Source: Macrostomum lignano (Eukaryota). From it: DNA of 64,000 bases. The stretch is from contig NIVC01000376.1 in the NCBI GenBank assembly GCA_002269645.1, positions 1 to 64,000 of the forward strand, written 5' to 3'. Each line of letters begins with the position of its first letter. The stretch's first letter is position 1. The position numbers were made by a program, and so were the translations under genes. The notes beneath the pieces are model-generated. The model was not told the origin of the DNA and searched no databases. It saw nothing but the letters and a program-made list of their open reading frames with translations. This document shows positions 35,318 to 50,051 of this stretch, in pieces.

Positions 35318-36663
35318 ATTCAACTTTCCTCATGCTTATGAATCGAGCTTATATTAGCTGGGAAAATGCTTCATTGACTTCCATGGGATGTGCTCACTTT
35401 CGCTTCAAGAGTAAAAATAGTCGAAAAGTAAAGACAGAACGCTTTTCGCTCAGTAAGAAAAAATTCAATAACTTGCGATCCCAAAAACTTACCGCATGGG
35501 AGGTCATTGGGTCAGGGCGCAGTCCGTAGCAGAGCTTATTAAAGCTATCCATCAGGTCGAATGTGTCGCGTCAACCAGCTGGTCATGTTTAGGCTCTCAC
35601 AGTTTAAATACCCAGGACTGAATCTGCCGTCTTGCGATCTGCAACTCTTGTAGTTTATTTATCGTTTCTCACCAAAGAATTTTTAAATGCCAGCGAAGCA
35701 CTGCAGCTACTTCCAGGAGTCTGCTTTTGCTAGGTACGTATCTCTACAATTATATACTCGTAGCTCCATAAAGGATCAAATACTTCATGTCATAAGGTAA
35801 ACACACTCATTTGGGGCTTGCGCAAGAGGTGAACAGAGAGATAGTGTATATACCTGACGATTAGAAAGTCAGTGCAGTTATGACGCGCTTGTGTGTACTT
35901 AGGAGTCAGCGGTGCCCGCAACCCTTCTAATTTCTCCGATTACTTTTAGTACTAAATTAGGCATACGCTACTAACAGTAGAAAAACTCGAGCATGAGACC
36001 CTGCCTCGCTATATTCATCAACCGTCTAATTTTTTCTTATGAAAAAAAGGGATTAAAGAGTTCGAGTGGCTCAAGCCTGCGTCACGGAGATACGGATAAG
36101 CAGACAGGACCGAGACTGGGCGATAATCCGGCCCGAGGGATTATCCAGGCTTCGCAGGAGTAAAGTTCGAAATGGCCATTGAAAATATACCGGGTACTGT
36201 AAAAAAGATACATTTTCTTCCTCATATTTGAGGAGAAAGCCTCACAGGAATAATGGCTGGTATTGAGGAGGCTGAATGGCCTGAAGTTTGTCGCCTCGCT
36301 TCTACTTCAGCGGAGCTGCTTTGGCAAAGTTAGCCGGGCGAAACGGTTCGCACGATGCCTTTTTATACACATTGTAATTGTAGGAGTCGTAAAAAGCTCT
36401 GCTCTCACTTCTGGCGAAGCGGCTTTGTACCGGATGGCTGGACTAAAAGAAGGACACGGTTGATGAGCATCTTGCCAAACTGCTATGCTCAGGCTTGAGT
36501 AAGAGATGTTTTAGCCTTTACTCAAAGAGATGGAAGGGTGAGATGGCGTGTGAGCAACGAAAGCACACAGCGTATTTAAATACCGAGAAACCACTACAAA
36601 CAGTTACTAAAACATAACATCATCCAGACAGCTGAACTATCAAAAAGTGTATGTAAACTTTAA

Positions 36664-36930
<267 letters not shown>

Positions 36931-37631
36931 GCGCCAGTGCACGCCAAAGCCAGCAACGTTAAAAGTGCATGCCTTGGACATGCTCAAGTAACGTTAGGTG
37001 AGGCCACCCTCAACCCATTGCTGTTATAAGCAGAACATTGCGGCTCTGAATAAGCCGCATTAAAAAGCCATTAAGTATAAAATTTCTCAACAACTGAAAT
37101 TGTATATTTTCTGTTGAATTTCTTCGCCACATGATCGGGAAATTTGAAACAGACAGACAGAGAGGCGACACTTCAATTGGGACCGACAGTTCCGAATCGA
37201 GTCGAATTCCTCTCCGCATCCCATATCCCTTTGCCTCGGGATCAGGTTAATGAGGACAAGTTATTGGCTTCACGAAGAGTCGAAGAAACAGAGGAGCGAT
37301 ATGGACAGGATAGGATGAAGCGGACTCGAAAGGCCAGATTAAAATCCGGCATGTTGGCACGCGGAGGCGTATTAAATTCGCGTCGGGAGAAAATAGAAAG
37401 TTGAGAAGCTGCAGATAAACAGGTTCTGGGAGCCGGGTTCAACTGGATTAAGCCTGCTCAGGTTAATAACTTTAATCCGCGTGTGGGCGAAGCTTATTGA
37501 AAAGTTCTGAAACAGATTTTTGTTTTGACACGGGGGAATAAAAAGACTAAACATAGAATGAATCCTCGTGACCGAGGCAGATTATCGGATGCGTGAAGTC
37601 GGGGCTTTGCTTGGATTTGTTCTCTGCCGAT

Positions 37632-38355
<724 letters not shown>

Positions 38356-39737
38356 CAATTTTTATCAGAGTGTAAATCTGCATCCTCCCAATGAATTTCA
38401 AATCCTGGGCAGGAAAAGAACCTGTATTAGAGCGGTAATTCATTTAATCTGATAAAATTGAATGCGTTTTTAAAGGAATAAAGAGTAGATTTCATTCAAC
38501 CGGCAATCAATCAATTTTGATTGCATTGTATCTGATGAAATGACAATGCGTGTCGAACAAGCCCAAAAACGCCCCCAGGTTACAAATATGGACATCTATT
38601 GAAGATAGAATTAAAGACGTTGGCTTTTTATTGCTAAAAAATTTCGACCCAAATTTGCTAAAAACGTTTGCAGAATTCTAGCTATTAAATCTTGAAGCGT
38701 TCCAGGCAAATTTGAAGGTTATTTTGTCAGCAATATTTTGCCCGCAATCTAGCCAATCAGCACTGGTAGAACGATTTTTTTCTAGTCGAGCGAGCTCAAA
38801 CACTTTCTGACGGAAATGTAAGTCCAGTTTTGTAAGTCCAGGATGTGACAAATTCGCAGGTTTGCATCGAGAGTGCAACAGCAGATCCCGGACACTGGGG
38901 GGATGAAAACATTCAAAAAATTCATTTTTGCTTTGCTTTAGGATGTACTAATGAATTCGTCTTAAACAATATTATAAAACATAAAAGTCGGCTTTTAATA
39001 ATAATAATGACATACCTCACTAGCCATCCGACTGCATGACATGAAGCATACATTATTCCCAATGCAAGAGTATTTCAATGGAGGCTTTCAACTTCCGATC
39101 TTCTTTCTATCTCGCAAGCAACTACGGATGAAAGAACACGAATGCTGTGTACCTTCCTGGGCACTTCCGGCAGTGGGGGACAGCGGCATCAACTAGGGAA
39201 GAAGATGGCACAACTATGAGTATCTCCCCTAACCCCACTGCCTCAATAAACGGTCCCTAACGGCTTCTGAGGCTGATCCCACTTCCCAATCTCCCAATCT
39301 CTCTAAAGAGTCTAATTTCCTCTGCGGAGCCGCGGCGATGGCGTTCATTTTTCATTCATCTCTCCTCGCCTCCACCGCGCTGGAGTCGCCTGCAGCCTCA
39401 TTCTTCAAGTCCTTTCCGCCCAGATCCGGCCCCAGATCCTCCAGAGCTCGTGATCCCCTCATAGCCCCCAGAAAATCCGCGTTGATTCATTGTTCCCATC
39501 AAAAGGGTCCCCAAAAATGCTTCTGCGAAAAATCTGTTCCAGTCGCTTCCTTTTTGTCTACCGGCGCACGGCTCTCCTAGGAGAAGAGGCAACAAGAAAG
39601 GGAAGATGCGCTTTACTATAGTTCATGCTCTTTTTCATTTGTTCCTATTCTCGACAATGAAGGAATGAAATCAGTTTACTAGTCTTTGTCAATTCTTTTA
39701 AGGTGATAATGGCCAAAGAGTTCTGTGAAGTACAAGT

Positions 39738-40420
39738 AGACAAACTGTACATGCTCACAGTCAGAGACATTAGACAAACTGCACATGCTCACAGTCAGAG
39801 ACATTAGACAAACTGTACATGCTCACAGTCAGAGACATTAGACAAACTGTACATGCTCACAGTCAGAGACATTAGACAAACTGTACATGCTCACAGTCAG
39901 AGACATTAGACGAACAGCACATGCTCACAGTCGGAGACAGATAAATTACACATGCTCACAGTCATTGGACAAACTACACATGCTCACAGTCATTGGACAA
40001 ACTACACATGCTCACAGTCATTGGACAAACTACACATGCTCACAGTCGGAGACAGATAAATTACACATGCTCACAGTCATTGGACAAACTACACATGCTC
40101 ACAGTCATTGGACAAACTACACATGCTCACAGTCATTGGACAAACTACACATGCTCACAGTCATTGGACAAACTACACATGCTCACAGTCATTGGACAAA
40201 CAGCACATGCTCACAGTCATTGGAAAAGCTTCAAATGCTCACAGTCATTGGACAAACTACACATACTCACAGTCATTGGACAAACTACACATGCTCACAG
40301 TCATTGGACAAGCTACACATGCTCACAGTCATTGGACAAACAGCACATGCTCACATTCATTGGACAAGCTACACATGCTCACAGTCATTGGACAAGCTTA
40401 CAAATTCTCACAGACATTTT
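39738..40420. repeat. Minisatellite with 34-bp units changing to 28-bp units
   Basis: AGACAAACTGTACATGCTCACAGTCAGAGACATT, then TTGGACAAACTACACATGCTCACAGTCA. Confidence 0.92.
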
Positions 40421-42469
40421 ATAAGCTTCACATGCTCATAGCTAGAGACTACTTCAGGAGGTTCCTTGCCTGGAAACTTCATAATTATACAATTAGCTCT
40501 CAATTACAATTAGTTTTATTATCATAATTGTAAGCAGTTCAGTTATGCAACTTCCAACCGCAAAATAGACTGGTTGCTCATCAAAGCTACGAACAGCGAT
40601 ATCCCCGCATTAGACCCGGATCCTTAGTCTCTACTCTCGCTGTTGCATCCTTGTACAGCTGCATCTGTCTCCCAACTCATAATGCGAGTCCAATATCGCC
40701 CATGCCTAATCAGGATTGAGTCCTGCAGTTTTCTGCTCACGCCTAATGCTCTGAATCCATGCTGCATACTGGGCAGAGTAGAGAGTCGCAGTCAAGTCCA
40801 TTACAGTTCCTGAGATGCCCTCCTCAACAGTCAGTCGCTCGCCATTGGCCTCCCGGACTAGCGGGTCCGCCCCCTCACGATTCTCCCCATTAGACCGACG
40901 ATCTAGCATGCCTCATCTGCTGCGCAGCGCATTCTGACTCAGCTTGAGCAGACGACTCAGCCAGCCATGCTCGGCGGCACTAACGGTGCTGGAAGACATC
41001 CAGTTTAGTATTTTAGTCAATAGAATCGCTTCAAACAAAGGTATTGCTAAACACTACAAAGTCAGAACGCCAAGTCTGCTTCTCTCACTCGTCTGGTCAT
41101 TCAATTTCTAGTCTGGAGTCCCAGTCCCGAACTCTTATAGCCGTACCCCAACCTAGATGGACGAAGGTCCATACTACAGGGATATTGACCATAGAACTGC
41201 CAGAGGACCAAGACGATCATTTTCCAGGTGAGTGAAACTGATTATCGCATTATAATAATCTGATATAACAAATACAGTTGATGGATTGCTTAGTAAGTTA
41301 GCATAAGTAAGGACTTCTGGATTTATCGCTGGAGTTTACTCCCATCGAGGAGGCTATTAATAATCGTAATTCTATTGTAACGAAACCTGTGTCTAGCATC
41401 ACACAGAGTGTACAGACGTACTGTTTTGACCTTCTCCTCATCAGGTAGAGTACGAATACACACTCAATGCTTTGTAGTTGGCCCTCAGGCCCCCAGAGGG
41501 TCAACCTTTGATGGGTCACCTTGCTTCCTCAGTAGCTCTGGGTCGACAGTAGCCTTGAGTTGCGGCGTTGCATTGACTCAGAAGCCTCTGATTTGATTCC
41601 TGCCTATCAGAAAGCGAACTTCAGCCCAGATTTTTGTCAAATTAATAATTTAAAACTTCCAATCACGTTCTAAATTTCAAGCTGTGGTCTTCGTAACATC
41701 TCGAACATACATCCGATTGCTAGGCCACAGTTCGTTAATCTAAGAACCAATCGACCAGGGATTACTAGCTCAGTCGGAATGGAGCTTGAGCTAAAATGCT
41801 CGAAGGATTATTTCCCCTCCTACTCAGGATCCCGGACACAGTCCTCCCCAAGCCTCCGAGAGCAGTGATCTCAGCGACTCAAGCTAAATCAAAATCCGAA
41901 AGGATTAATTTGTGCTTCGCTGACACGCATATACGCAACTCTCGCTTCTGAGAGAAGCTGGACACTCGTGCTCATTTTTTCGACTTTATCCTCGAATAGA
42001 TGGGAGGCATGATTCAATCTTCCCCTACGAGAGCCCGGTGAACCAGGTCACCGACCGGTTTCAGACTCCATGAATAATTTGTGAACGAAAGTGAATTGAA
42101 ACTTTCAATCGAGGGTTCGAGAGCATTGTACAAGGACTCCTGCTTGTCGAGCAAATGACCCCAACAGCTTTCGATCAGCTGCACTTTTCTCCCTACTCAG
42201 TCCAGGACCCAGCTCTGTAGGAGCACTAGGTCAGAAGAGATGAAGTAATTATATTATCTATATCACCTGTCTCTCGCATTGTCTTACTCTAAGATCACGG
42301 AGCTACTCTACCGAAATAATTTTTACAGGCAACGTTGCACTACAGTAGGAGCATTACGACATTTAAAGAACGCAGCGTTAATGATTGCATGGGATTACAG
42401 CTTGATGCTCAAAAGGCATATTGGGACACTATATTTAGTCATGAATAGCTCGTAATTGCACGTCTCAGG

Positions 42470-42700
42470 TCGAGAAAGTCATGCCACGGGTTTTGCACAG
42501 GAAATTGAATTACGCTGTAATCTGTGTACCGTATGCTCCTGTCTATCTGTAGTCGTGTCGCTTCAGGCGAAATTACGCGCCGTAAAAAGACTGCACCGTA
42601 ACGGCGCCAACCAGTCAGTCGCCGGAATACAATATGGCGCTACAGCCGCGCCAAAGCCATGTGCATTCATGCAGTGCAATGTGGGTTCCGCAGGAGTAAT
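42470..42700 (+). pseudogene. Possible Mutator-like transposase fragment
   Basis: ESHATGFAQEIELRCNLC...AVKR...QYG...CAFM loosely resembles the N-terminal G-x-L-x-C-xx-C region of animal MULE transposases. Weak and unverified. Confidence 0.3.
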
Positions 42701-42799
42701 GCCGGACAAACCAATGCTTTTCTGGGCCAGCTGATGCAGAGCTGACAAAGAGAAAGAGAAATCGATGTACGTTACAGACAGTGTGCTGCAATCTGTCTG

Positions 42800-43090
<291 letters not shown>

Positions 43091-43334
43091 GTAGTGTACG
43101 CTCTGCGCGGTAATAATGTACTTGGCTTGGTCGATGAACTAACTCGTAGCAATACTCTTATTACGCAATGCTCTCGGGCCTATAAATATATTGAATTGAG
43201 CAGTCGGCTCATTTAAGTGCATCGTTTCTCTCGCCAAACTAAATAGCTAGTCTGAGTCATTACATGGCGTCGCAAGCAAACTCTCAGTGAGGCCAACCCC
43301 CCGCGCACTGATAACGACCGGTGATTCAGCAAAT

Positions 43335-43994
43335 ATGGCACAGGCCCTGCAACTCGCGGCACCAGACGCCTTTGACCTCGAAGGCGATCCTCTGACAAGA
43401 GCTCAGCGATGGAAAACCTGGACGCGAAGGTTCAGCAGCTACATACGCGCAGCTGGCATCACAGATGCGACACAGCAGCTGGAGCTCTTAGTTTACACTG
43501 CGGGCGAGAAGCTGGAAGACTTCATGGACGATAACGGCGTCAAGAAAGGAGAGTCCGCGGAGGAGCTCATCAAAAAGTTGCAGGGTATCTTCGACCAAAA
43601 GAACAGCGTTGTCTTCCTCAGGTACCAGTTTGAAATATGCCGGCAGGAGGAAGGAGAGTCAATTGAGCCCTGGTATCATCGGCTACGCAAGGCTGCGGAC
43701 CAATGTACGTTCGGCGAACTCCGAGACTCGCTCATCAGGGACAAGATCGTGGCTCATTACCGGTCCGAGAGGATCAGGAGGGAACTCCTGACTGAGAAGG
43801 AGGCGCTGGCCGTCAAATACGGCTGCTTGAAATTTCAGTACTATCTGCACGGCGCTCCGACATTTACGGTGGTGACAGACCACAAGCCGCTCATCGCATT
43901 GTTCAGCAGTGGCTCAAGGCCTCCCCCGAGGATCGAAAGAATGGCGCTGCGCATTCAGCATATGAAATTTACAGTCGAATACCAGCCTGGCTAA
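43335..43994 (+). CDS. gag: Gag N-terminal/capsid region fused in frame to the C-terminal half of RNase H
   Basis: Gag-like QRWKTWTRRF...FRYQFEICRQEEGESIEPWYHRLRKAADQCTFGELRDSLIRDKIV runs directly into TEKEALAV...YLHG..FTVVTDHKPL...RIERMALR...VEYQPG (RNase H). Protease and RT are absent. Confidence 0.8.
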   Translation: MAQALQLAAPDAFDLEGDPLTRAQRWKTWTRRFSSYIRAAGITDATQQLELLVYTAGEKLEDFMDDNGVKKGESAEELIKKLQGIFDQKNSVVFLRYQFEICRQEEGESIEPWYHRLRKAADQCTFGELRDSLIRDKIVAHYRSERIRRELLTEKEALAVKYGCLKFQYYLHGAPTFTVVTDHKPLIALFSSGSRPPPRIERMALRIQHMKFTVEYQPG

Positions 43995-45373
43995 ACCCAG
44001 CGGACGTGCTGAGCCGGCAGCCGCTGCCAACACGAGGAAGAAATGTCGGCGAAGAGCTCGACACCCTCTGCATCACTGCAATCGTCCAGGCGGCCATACC
44101 GAACGCGCTGTCGCTGTCCTCAGTGCAAGAGAGTTCGCTGCAAGATGCAACAATTCAAGCCGCTATTCGATCGCTGGAGACAGGACGATGGAGCCTCGAG
44201 TCGGCGGAGACGCGATCGCTCCACGCCCTACGGAATGAGCTATCGGCAGCAGACGGCGTGCTCCTGCGGGGCCAGAGAATCGTAGTTCCAATGGCGCTTC
44301 GGCGCCTGGTTTTGGACCTGGCACACCGCGGTCATCAGTGCTTGCGCAAGACGGTTGACCGTTTGAGCACCAAAGTCTGGTGGCCGAGGATGCAGACAGA
44401 AGCGGAGCTCTTCGTGCGTGCCTGCCGAGCCTGTGCAGCTACGTCGCACGCGGCCGACGTGACCGCCGCGCCGCTGAAGCCGACGCCGATCCCGAAAGCT
44501 GCATGGCTAACACTAGGGGCAGACCTGCTAGGCCCCATTCAAGGCAGCATGCTGCTCGTCTGCGTTGACCACTACTCGCGCTTCCCTGAAGTCGAGATCG
44601 TCCAGACCACAACGGCCGAAGCGCTGATTCCCAAGCTGAGGAATTCGTTCGCCAGATTCGGCATCCCACAGGTACTGGTCACCGATAACGGCCCGCCATT
44701 CTCCTCGGCCCAGTTCAAAGGCTTTCTGGACAGCTACGGAATCCGGCAGCGTCTCATCACACCGCTGCATCCGCAGGCCAACGGCATCACTGAGCGCCTG
44801 AACCGCTCCATCAATAAGGTTGTACGAGCTGCCATTGCCCAGAAGCGCGACTGGAGGGCGGCCCTTGACGAGTGGCTGCTGGCCTACCGTTGCACGCCGC
44901 AGCGAACCACCAACCGGGCACCAGCCGAGCTGCTCTTGGGTCGCGTCCCAAACGACGCCATCCCGTCAATCAGGCCGTCGAGACCGGTGGCCATCGCAGA
45001 CAGGAGGCTCCGACAACAGGACGCCAGCAGCAAGGCAAAGGGCAAGCGCTACACGGACAAGCGACGGCAGGCGAGACCGCATGGGCTCAAAGTCGGCGAC
45101 ACGGTGCTCCGGCGCCGACTAAATCCGCTCAAGGGCGAGACTCCGTTCGAGTGGACACCCTGGCTGGTCGAGAGTGTCAAGGGCGACTCGATGACCATTC
45201 GGCAGGGCGCCAGAGTTTGCAGGCGGCACTGCACTGACCTGAAGCGGGTAGCGCCAGATGCAGAGCCCGATTTTCCTGTCGGGGAGACCGCACCGCCGAT
45301 CCTGCAAGCTGCGGGGAGCGAACCCGCGACCCCTCCAATTGCGCTGCGACCACACCCCGAGAGGCCAAGGTGA
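43994..45373 (+). CDS. Retroviral-type integrase, reached by a frameshift after RNase H
   Basis: HHCC finger AHRGH...CRAC and DDE core ADLLGP / VTDNGPPF / NGITERLNR. The NPADVLSR motif is out of frame with the upstream ORF. Confidence 0.85.
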   Translation, partial: NPADVLSRQPLPTRGRNVGEELDTLCITAIVQAAIPNALSLSSVQESSLQDATIQAAIRSLETGRWSLESAETRSLHALRNELSAADGVLLRGQRIVVPMALRRLVLDLAHRGHQCLRKTVDRLSTKVWWPRMQTEAELFVRACRACAATSHAADVTAAPLKPTPIPKAAWLTLGADLLGPIQGSMLLVCVDHYSRFPEVEIVQTTTAEALIPKLRNSFARFGIPQVLVTDNGPPFSSAQFKGFLDSYGIRQRLITPLHPQANGITERLNRSINKVVRAAIAQKRDWRAALDEWLLAYRCTPQRTTNRAPAELLLGRVPNDAIPSIRPSRPVAIADRRLRQQDASSKAKGKRYTDKRRQARPHGLKVGDTVLRRRLNPLKGETPFEWTPWLVESVKGDSMTIRQGARVCRRHCTDLKRVAPDAEPDFPVGETAPPILQAAGSEPATPPIALRPHPERPR

Positions 45374-45799
45374 AAGTGAACTATAGGGTTTAACTATAAC
45401 TCGCGCTTGGCAGACTGACGCTAATATCTTGTTTGATTTTGCTTTTGCGTCTTGAGATTGCGGATAGAAAATTGTTCATTCTCCAGCTAAGGCATTACAT
45501 GTACAACCAGTAACATTTTCTCTATTAATGTTTCTTCTTTGCAAGATTTTACTCGTATTTGTGGTAATTTTCATTTTTTTAAAAACCTTTTGCAGTAAAA
45601 CTTTTAATCCAAAATGAGGAGAGATGTAGTGTACGCTCTGCGCGGTAATAATGTACTTGGCTTGGTCGATGAACTAACTCGTAGCAATACTCTTATTACG
45701 CAATGCTCTCGGGCCTATAAATATATTGAATTGAGCAGTCGGCTCATTTAAGTGCATCGTTTCTCTCGCCAAACTAAATAGCTAGTCTGAGTCATTACA

Positions 45800-46323
<524 letters not shown>

Positions 46324-47233
46324 TCATCCATTTATCTATATAATTGCAGAGCACCTCAGACACTGAGCCCAGATCAGATCAGCGCAGATCAGATCCGCAA
46401 TTCCAGTCTGTCCGTGATCTAAGATTATAATTTCGCACCGGGGTGGAGTCGAACAGATAATTGCTTTGATCGGCCCGGATCAAAGACCTGAGTTGCTTAA
46501 TAATGAAAGACAAGAAAGACAAAAGTTCACCTGGCTCTGGGGGAGATCTATTTTTCTAAGATAAGTTTTCAAGGACGGTTATCTTCTTGTGAGAGGTTGA
46601 ACGAGAGGGGAAAAAGCAATTAAAATAAACAGGCACACCTACACCCTGGAGCAGTGAGACAGCCACTTTGAATATAAAATCCAGCTGATGCAGACCATTC
46701 ATGCAAGAGCAGTCATGGGTTCTCTCACTGCAGTAACAATCAGATATGCTAACTAGGATGGAATTATCAAAGCATTTACATGTAGCGAAAGCCTCTGAAA
46801 GAAGAATGAGCTGAGCTGCTGGCAAGTCTTTCTGCTTTGCGCCTGTCATTAATTGCATTACAATGCGCTGCACACTTAGACCCGGGCCTCATGGACGAAT
46901 ACATTTAGGTGTCAGCTCCTCTCTCTGTCTCTCTGATCCGCCCTGTAACATCGAATTTCTTCCTTAGTATAGGGGAGATTCAGTTCTAGAAGCTAAGACT
47001 TTGTTTTTAGATGTGGATCGAATTTTAGAATAAAAACTGCGTGTAGATAGATGTCTTTCCGGACTGAGCTGGTTTCAGCTGGGCGATAATTCAATTTCTT
47101 CTGGTGCGGTCAACTCAAAATTACTATACTTTTCTGTGACCAACTTTAGGGAGCCTTAGGGGTCCTTAGTTTAGAGTCTGCATAATGCCGTCTTCAGGCA
47201 GGAATTTTAAATGGAGGGGCGCCAATATTTTGT

Positions 47234-47437
47234 CTCTTGATGGGCGCCCCCTGTCTCTTGGTGGGCGCCCCCTGTCTCTTGGTGGGCGCCCCTGTCTCTT
47301 GGTGGGCGCCCCCTGTCTCTTGGTGGGCGCCCCTGTCTCTTGGTGGGCGCCCCTGTCTCTTGGTGGGCGCCCCTGTCTCTTGGTGGGCGCCCCTGTCTCT
47401 TGGTGGGCGCCCCTGTCTCTTGGTGGGCGCCCCTGTC
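47234..47437. repeat. 20-bp minisatellite, about 10 copies
   Basis: (GGTGGGCGCCCCTGTCTCTT)n. Confidence 0.93.
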
Positions 47438-48118
47438 CCTGGGTACATTTAGGTGGCATACGTCGAAGAGGTGGCAAAATTTGAGCTGTCAGCTGTCATT
47501 CGTCGATATTGGCTATTTCTTTCACTTAGTTGTTGGAAGAACCGTTTCTGTAAGTGCAATCCATGTGCATTGTACTCGTAAGACCTTAAGGTGTTGGAAA
47601 TTTTGCAATCAGGATAACTTGCATGGTTCTATTCTTAGGAAGGTAAAAACGTCACTAAAAAAGGAAGTGATTGCCATGCGTTGCATTGTTGTGCCTCAAG
47701 CTGCCACAACTTTAGCCTTAGTAACAAATGCTTCAGGACCTCTCTGCTTCCTTCGGCTTGAGTTTTCCGTCCCAAGTAATTCATGACACGATTTCTTAGA
47801 ATCGCATTCTGTAAAATATCATTAGAGTGTCACACAATGCCTCCAGGTCTGCGGAGAAATCAAGTAATGAGTAAAAAATTATAGTTCTATACCAGTACTA
47901 GAAGGTACGCCATTGGAGGCCTAAGCGGAAGAACTTCTGAATGACTCTGGAGGGAGGGGGTTTTGCGTAGCGTTATCTGCTTAGCTGATCTCTCGCTCCA
48001 AACACGCTTCGCTTCTGCCAGACAAGAGTTTTCTCTTAACTGGGAAATCTTTCAGGCCGGCATCATTCCCCACTGCAAGGCAGTTTCCTCAGCCTCTCTT
48101 TCTCACTTACCTTTCTTA

Positions 48119-48120
<2 letters not shown>

Positions 48121-48211
<91 letters not shown>
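48121..48211. repeat. (TC)n microsatellite
   Basis: Direct reading. Confidence 0.95.
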
Positions 48212-48217
<6 letters not shown>

Positions 48218-48699
48218 ATCAGATCGCCATCAGCTAGGCGAATGCAAAATCTGACATAGTTGCCAAATGGATCGCTTAACAAGCATTTACACAGACACTG
48301 GCGGCGCACTTGCGCAGAGAGGCAGACAGCTCGTGCATAGCCTCCTTAAAAAGTGGCAGGTAGTGCGTTAGCTGATTCTCACGACGCAGTAGAAATCCTC
48401 ATTAGCATTTTTCACGCGTTTAATGGACAGAACAGACTCTGCTGCATTAGAGAAGCTTCTACGTTAATAGATGAAGTTTGTCTAGCAGGATTCTGGGAGG
48501 TAGCGACTAAATGACAAAGTAGTTAGCAGACAGCGGACAACTAATATTTGACGGTATTATTCATTCAAAGTTAATGGTGGGTTTGAAAATTTATTTAAAA
48601 CTAAATCGCCCGTAACAAAGTCATAATTGGCCCGTTAATAACGCCATTAAGACCATTGAAAAGCTGAAGCCTGAACTAGAGGAGGTTGATGTGGGTGAA

Positions 48700-49272
48700 G
48701 GAGAGAAAAGCTGGGGTTGGGGTGGGTGGGGGAGAGAAAATCTGGGGTTGGGGTGTGTGGGGGGGAGAGAAAATCTGGGATTGGGGTGGGTGGAGGGGAG
48801 AGAAAAGCTGGGGTTGAGGTGGGTGGGGGAGAGAAAAGCTGGGGTTGGGGTGGGTGGGGGAGAGAAAAACTTGAATTGGGGTGGGTGGGGGAGAGAAAAG
48901 CTGGGATTGGTGTGGGTGGAGGGGAGAGAAAAGCTGGGGTTGGGGTGGGTGGGGGAGAGAAAAGCTGGGGTTGGGGTGGGTGGGGAAGAGAAAAACTTGA
49001 ATTGGGGTGGGTGGGGGAGAGAAAATCTGGGGTTGGGGTGTGTGGGGGGAGAGAAAATCTGGGATTTGGGTGGGTGGAGGGGAGAGAAAAGCTGGGGTTG
49101 GGGTGGGTGGGGAGAGAAAAACTTGAATTGGGGTGGGTGGGGGAAAGAAAATCTGGGGTTGGGGTGTGTGGGGGGAGAGAAAATCTGGGATTGGGGTGGG
49201 TGGAGGGGAGATAAAAGCTGGGGTTGGGGTGTGTGGGGGAGAGAAAATCTGGGGTTGGGGTGGGTGGGGGAG
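48700..49272. repeat. G-rich ~31-bp minisatellite
   Basis: Unit AAAAGCTGGGGTTGGGGTGGGTGGGGGAGAG with variants. Confidence 0.93.
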
Positions 49273-49705
49273 AGATAGGCCGAATCCCATCAGAGTTTTA
49301 CTAAAAATTCTTTATAAGGCATTTTACTAGCAAAGCTGAGAGACAGACAAGAAAAGACACAATGTGAATAAGACATTTATCGGTTTCGTTTCACAATGTA
49401 TCTTAACTTAAAAAATGGCTTGCAAGTTATAAGCATGACCGTACTCCATGATACCCTATAGCTATTGCTCGACATACTGCTAATAATGCATATACAACAC
49501 AATGAACAACTCCTTAGCCATAGTTTCTGGGAACATTTTTCTCAGCCCTTAGCAAAAGGCTTTCTGCTTTTTCAGGTCAGCAAAAATTTCTAGCCCGCTG
49601 CCGACTGCGGTGTGTGCATTGCTCTTCTTCTACATATGGATAAAACAGTCTTGCTGGCGCATTGTTTGCCATAAATGGAAAAGCTGTTAGCGAATTGTGC
49701 CGCAC

Positions 49706-49736
<31 letters not shown>

Positions 49737-50051
49737 CTACACGCCCCCCCCCCCCCAGCATCCAAGTTGCAGTCTTGAGCCTGAGGCTGAGAGTTGCGTA
49801 CACCTACAGAGGTGGAGTATTTATTCAGAGTAGAATTCTTAGCTCTCGGTTCGTGAGATTAATATTTTTTAAGACGGTCAGTAAGAAGTGTGCGAGTTGA
49901 AATCTTTGAATATTTTCAGCCAAAATCTGCTTCGGAAAAGGGAGGAGACAGAATCTTCTAACACATAAAGGTAAGCATTGTCACTGCATTTGGCTGAATT
50001 GACTATTAAGTCTTTAAGTGTACATGGTACTTGTTAAGTGTGATCATGTCC

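Noticed and set aside
35850-35890. CUGACGA-UUA-GAAA hammerhead-like core
   Set aside because: There is no stem II, no UH cleavage triplet after the putative stem III, and no stem I partner.
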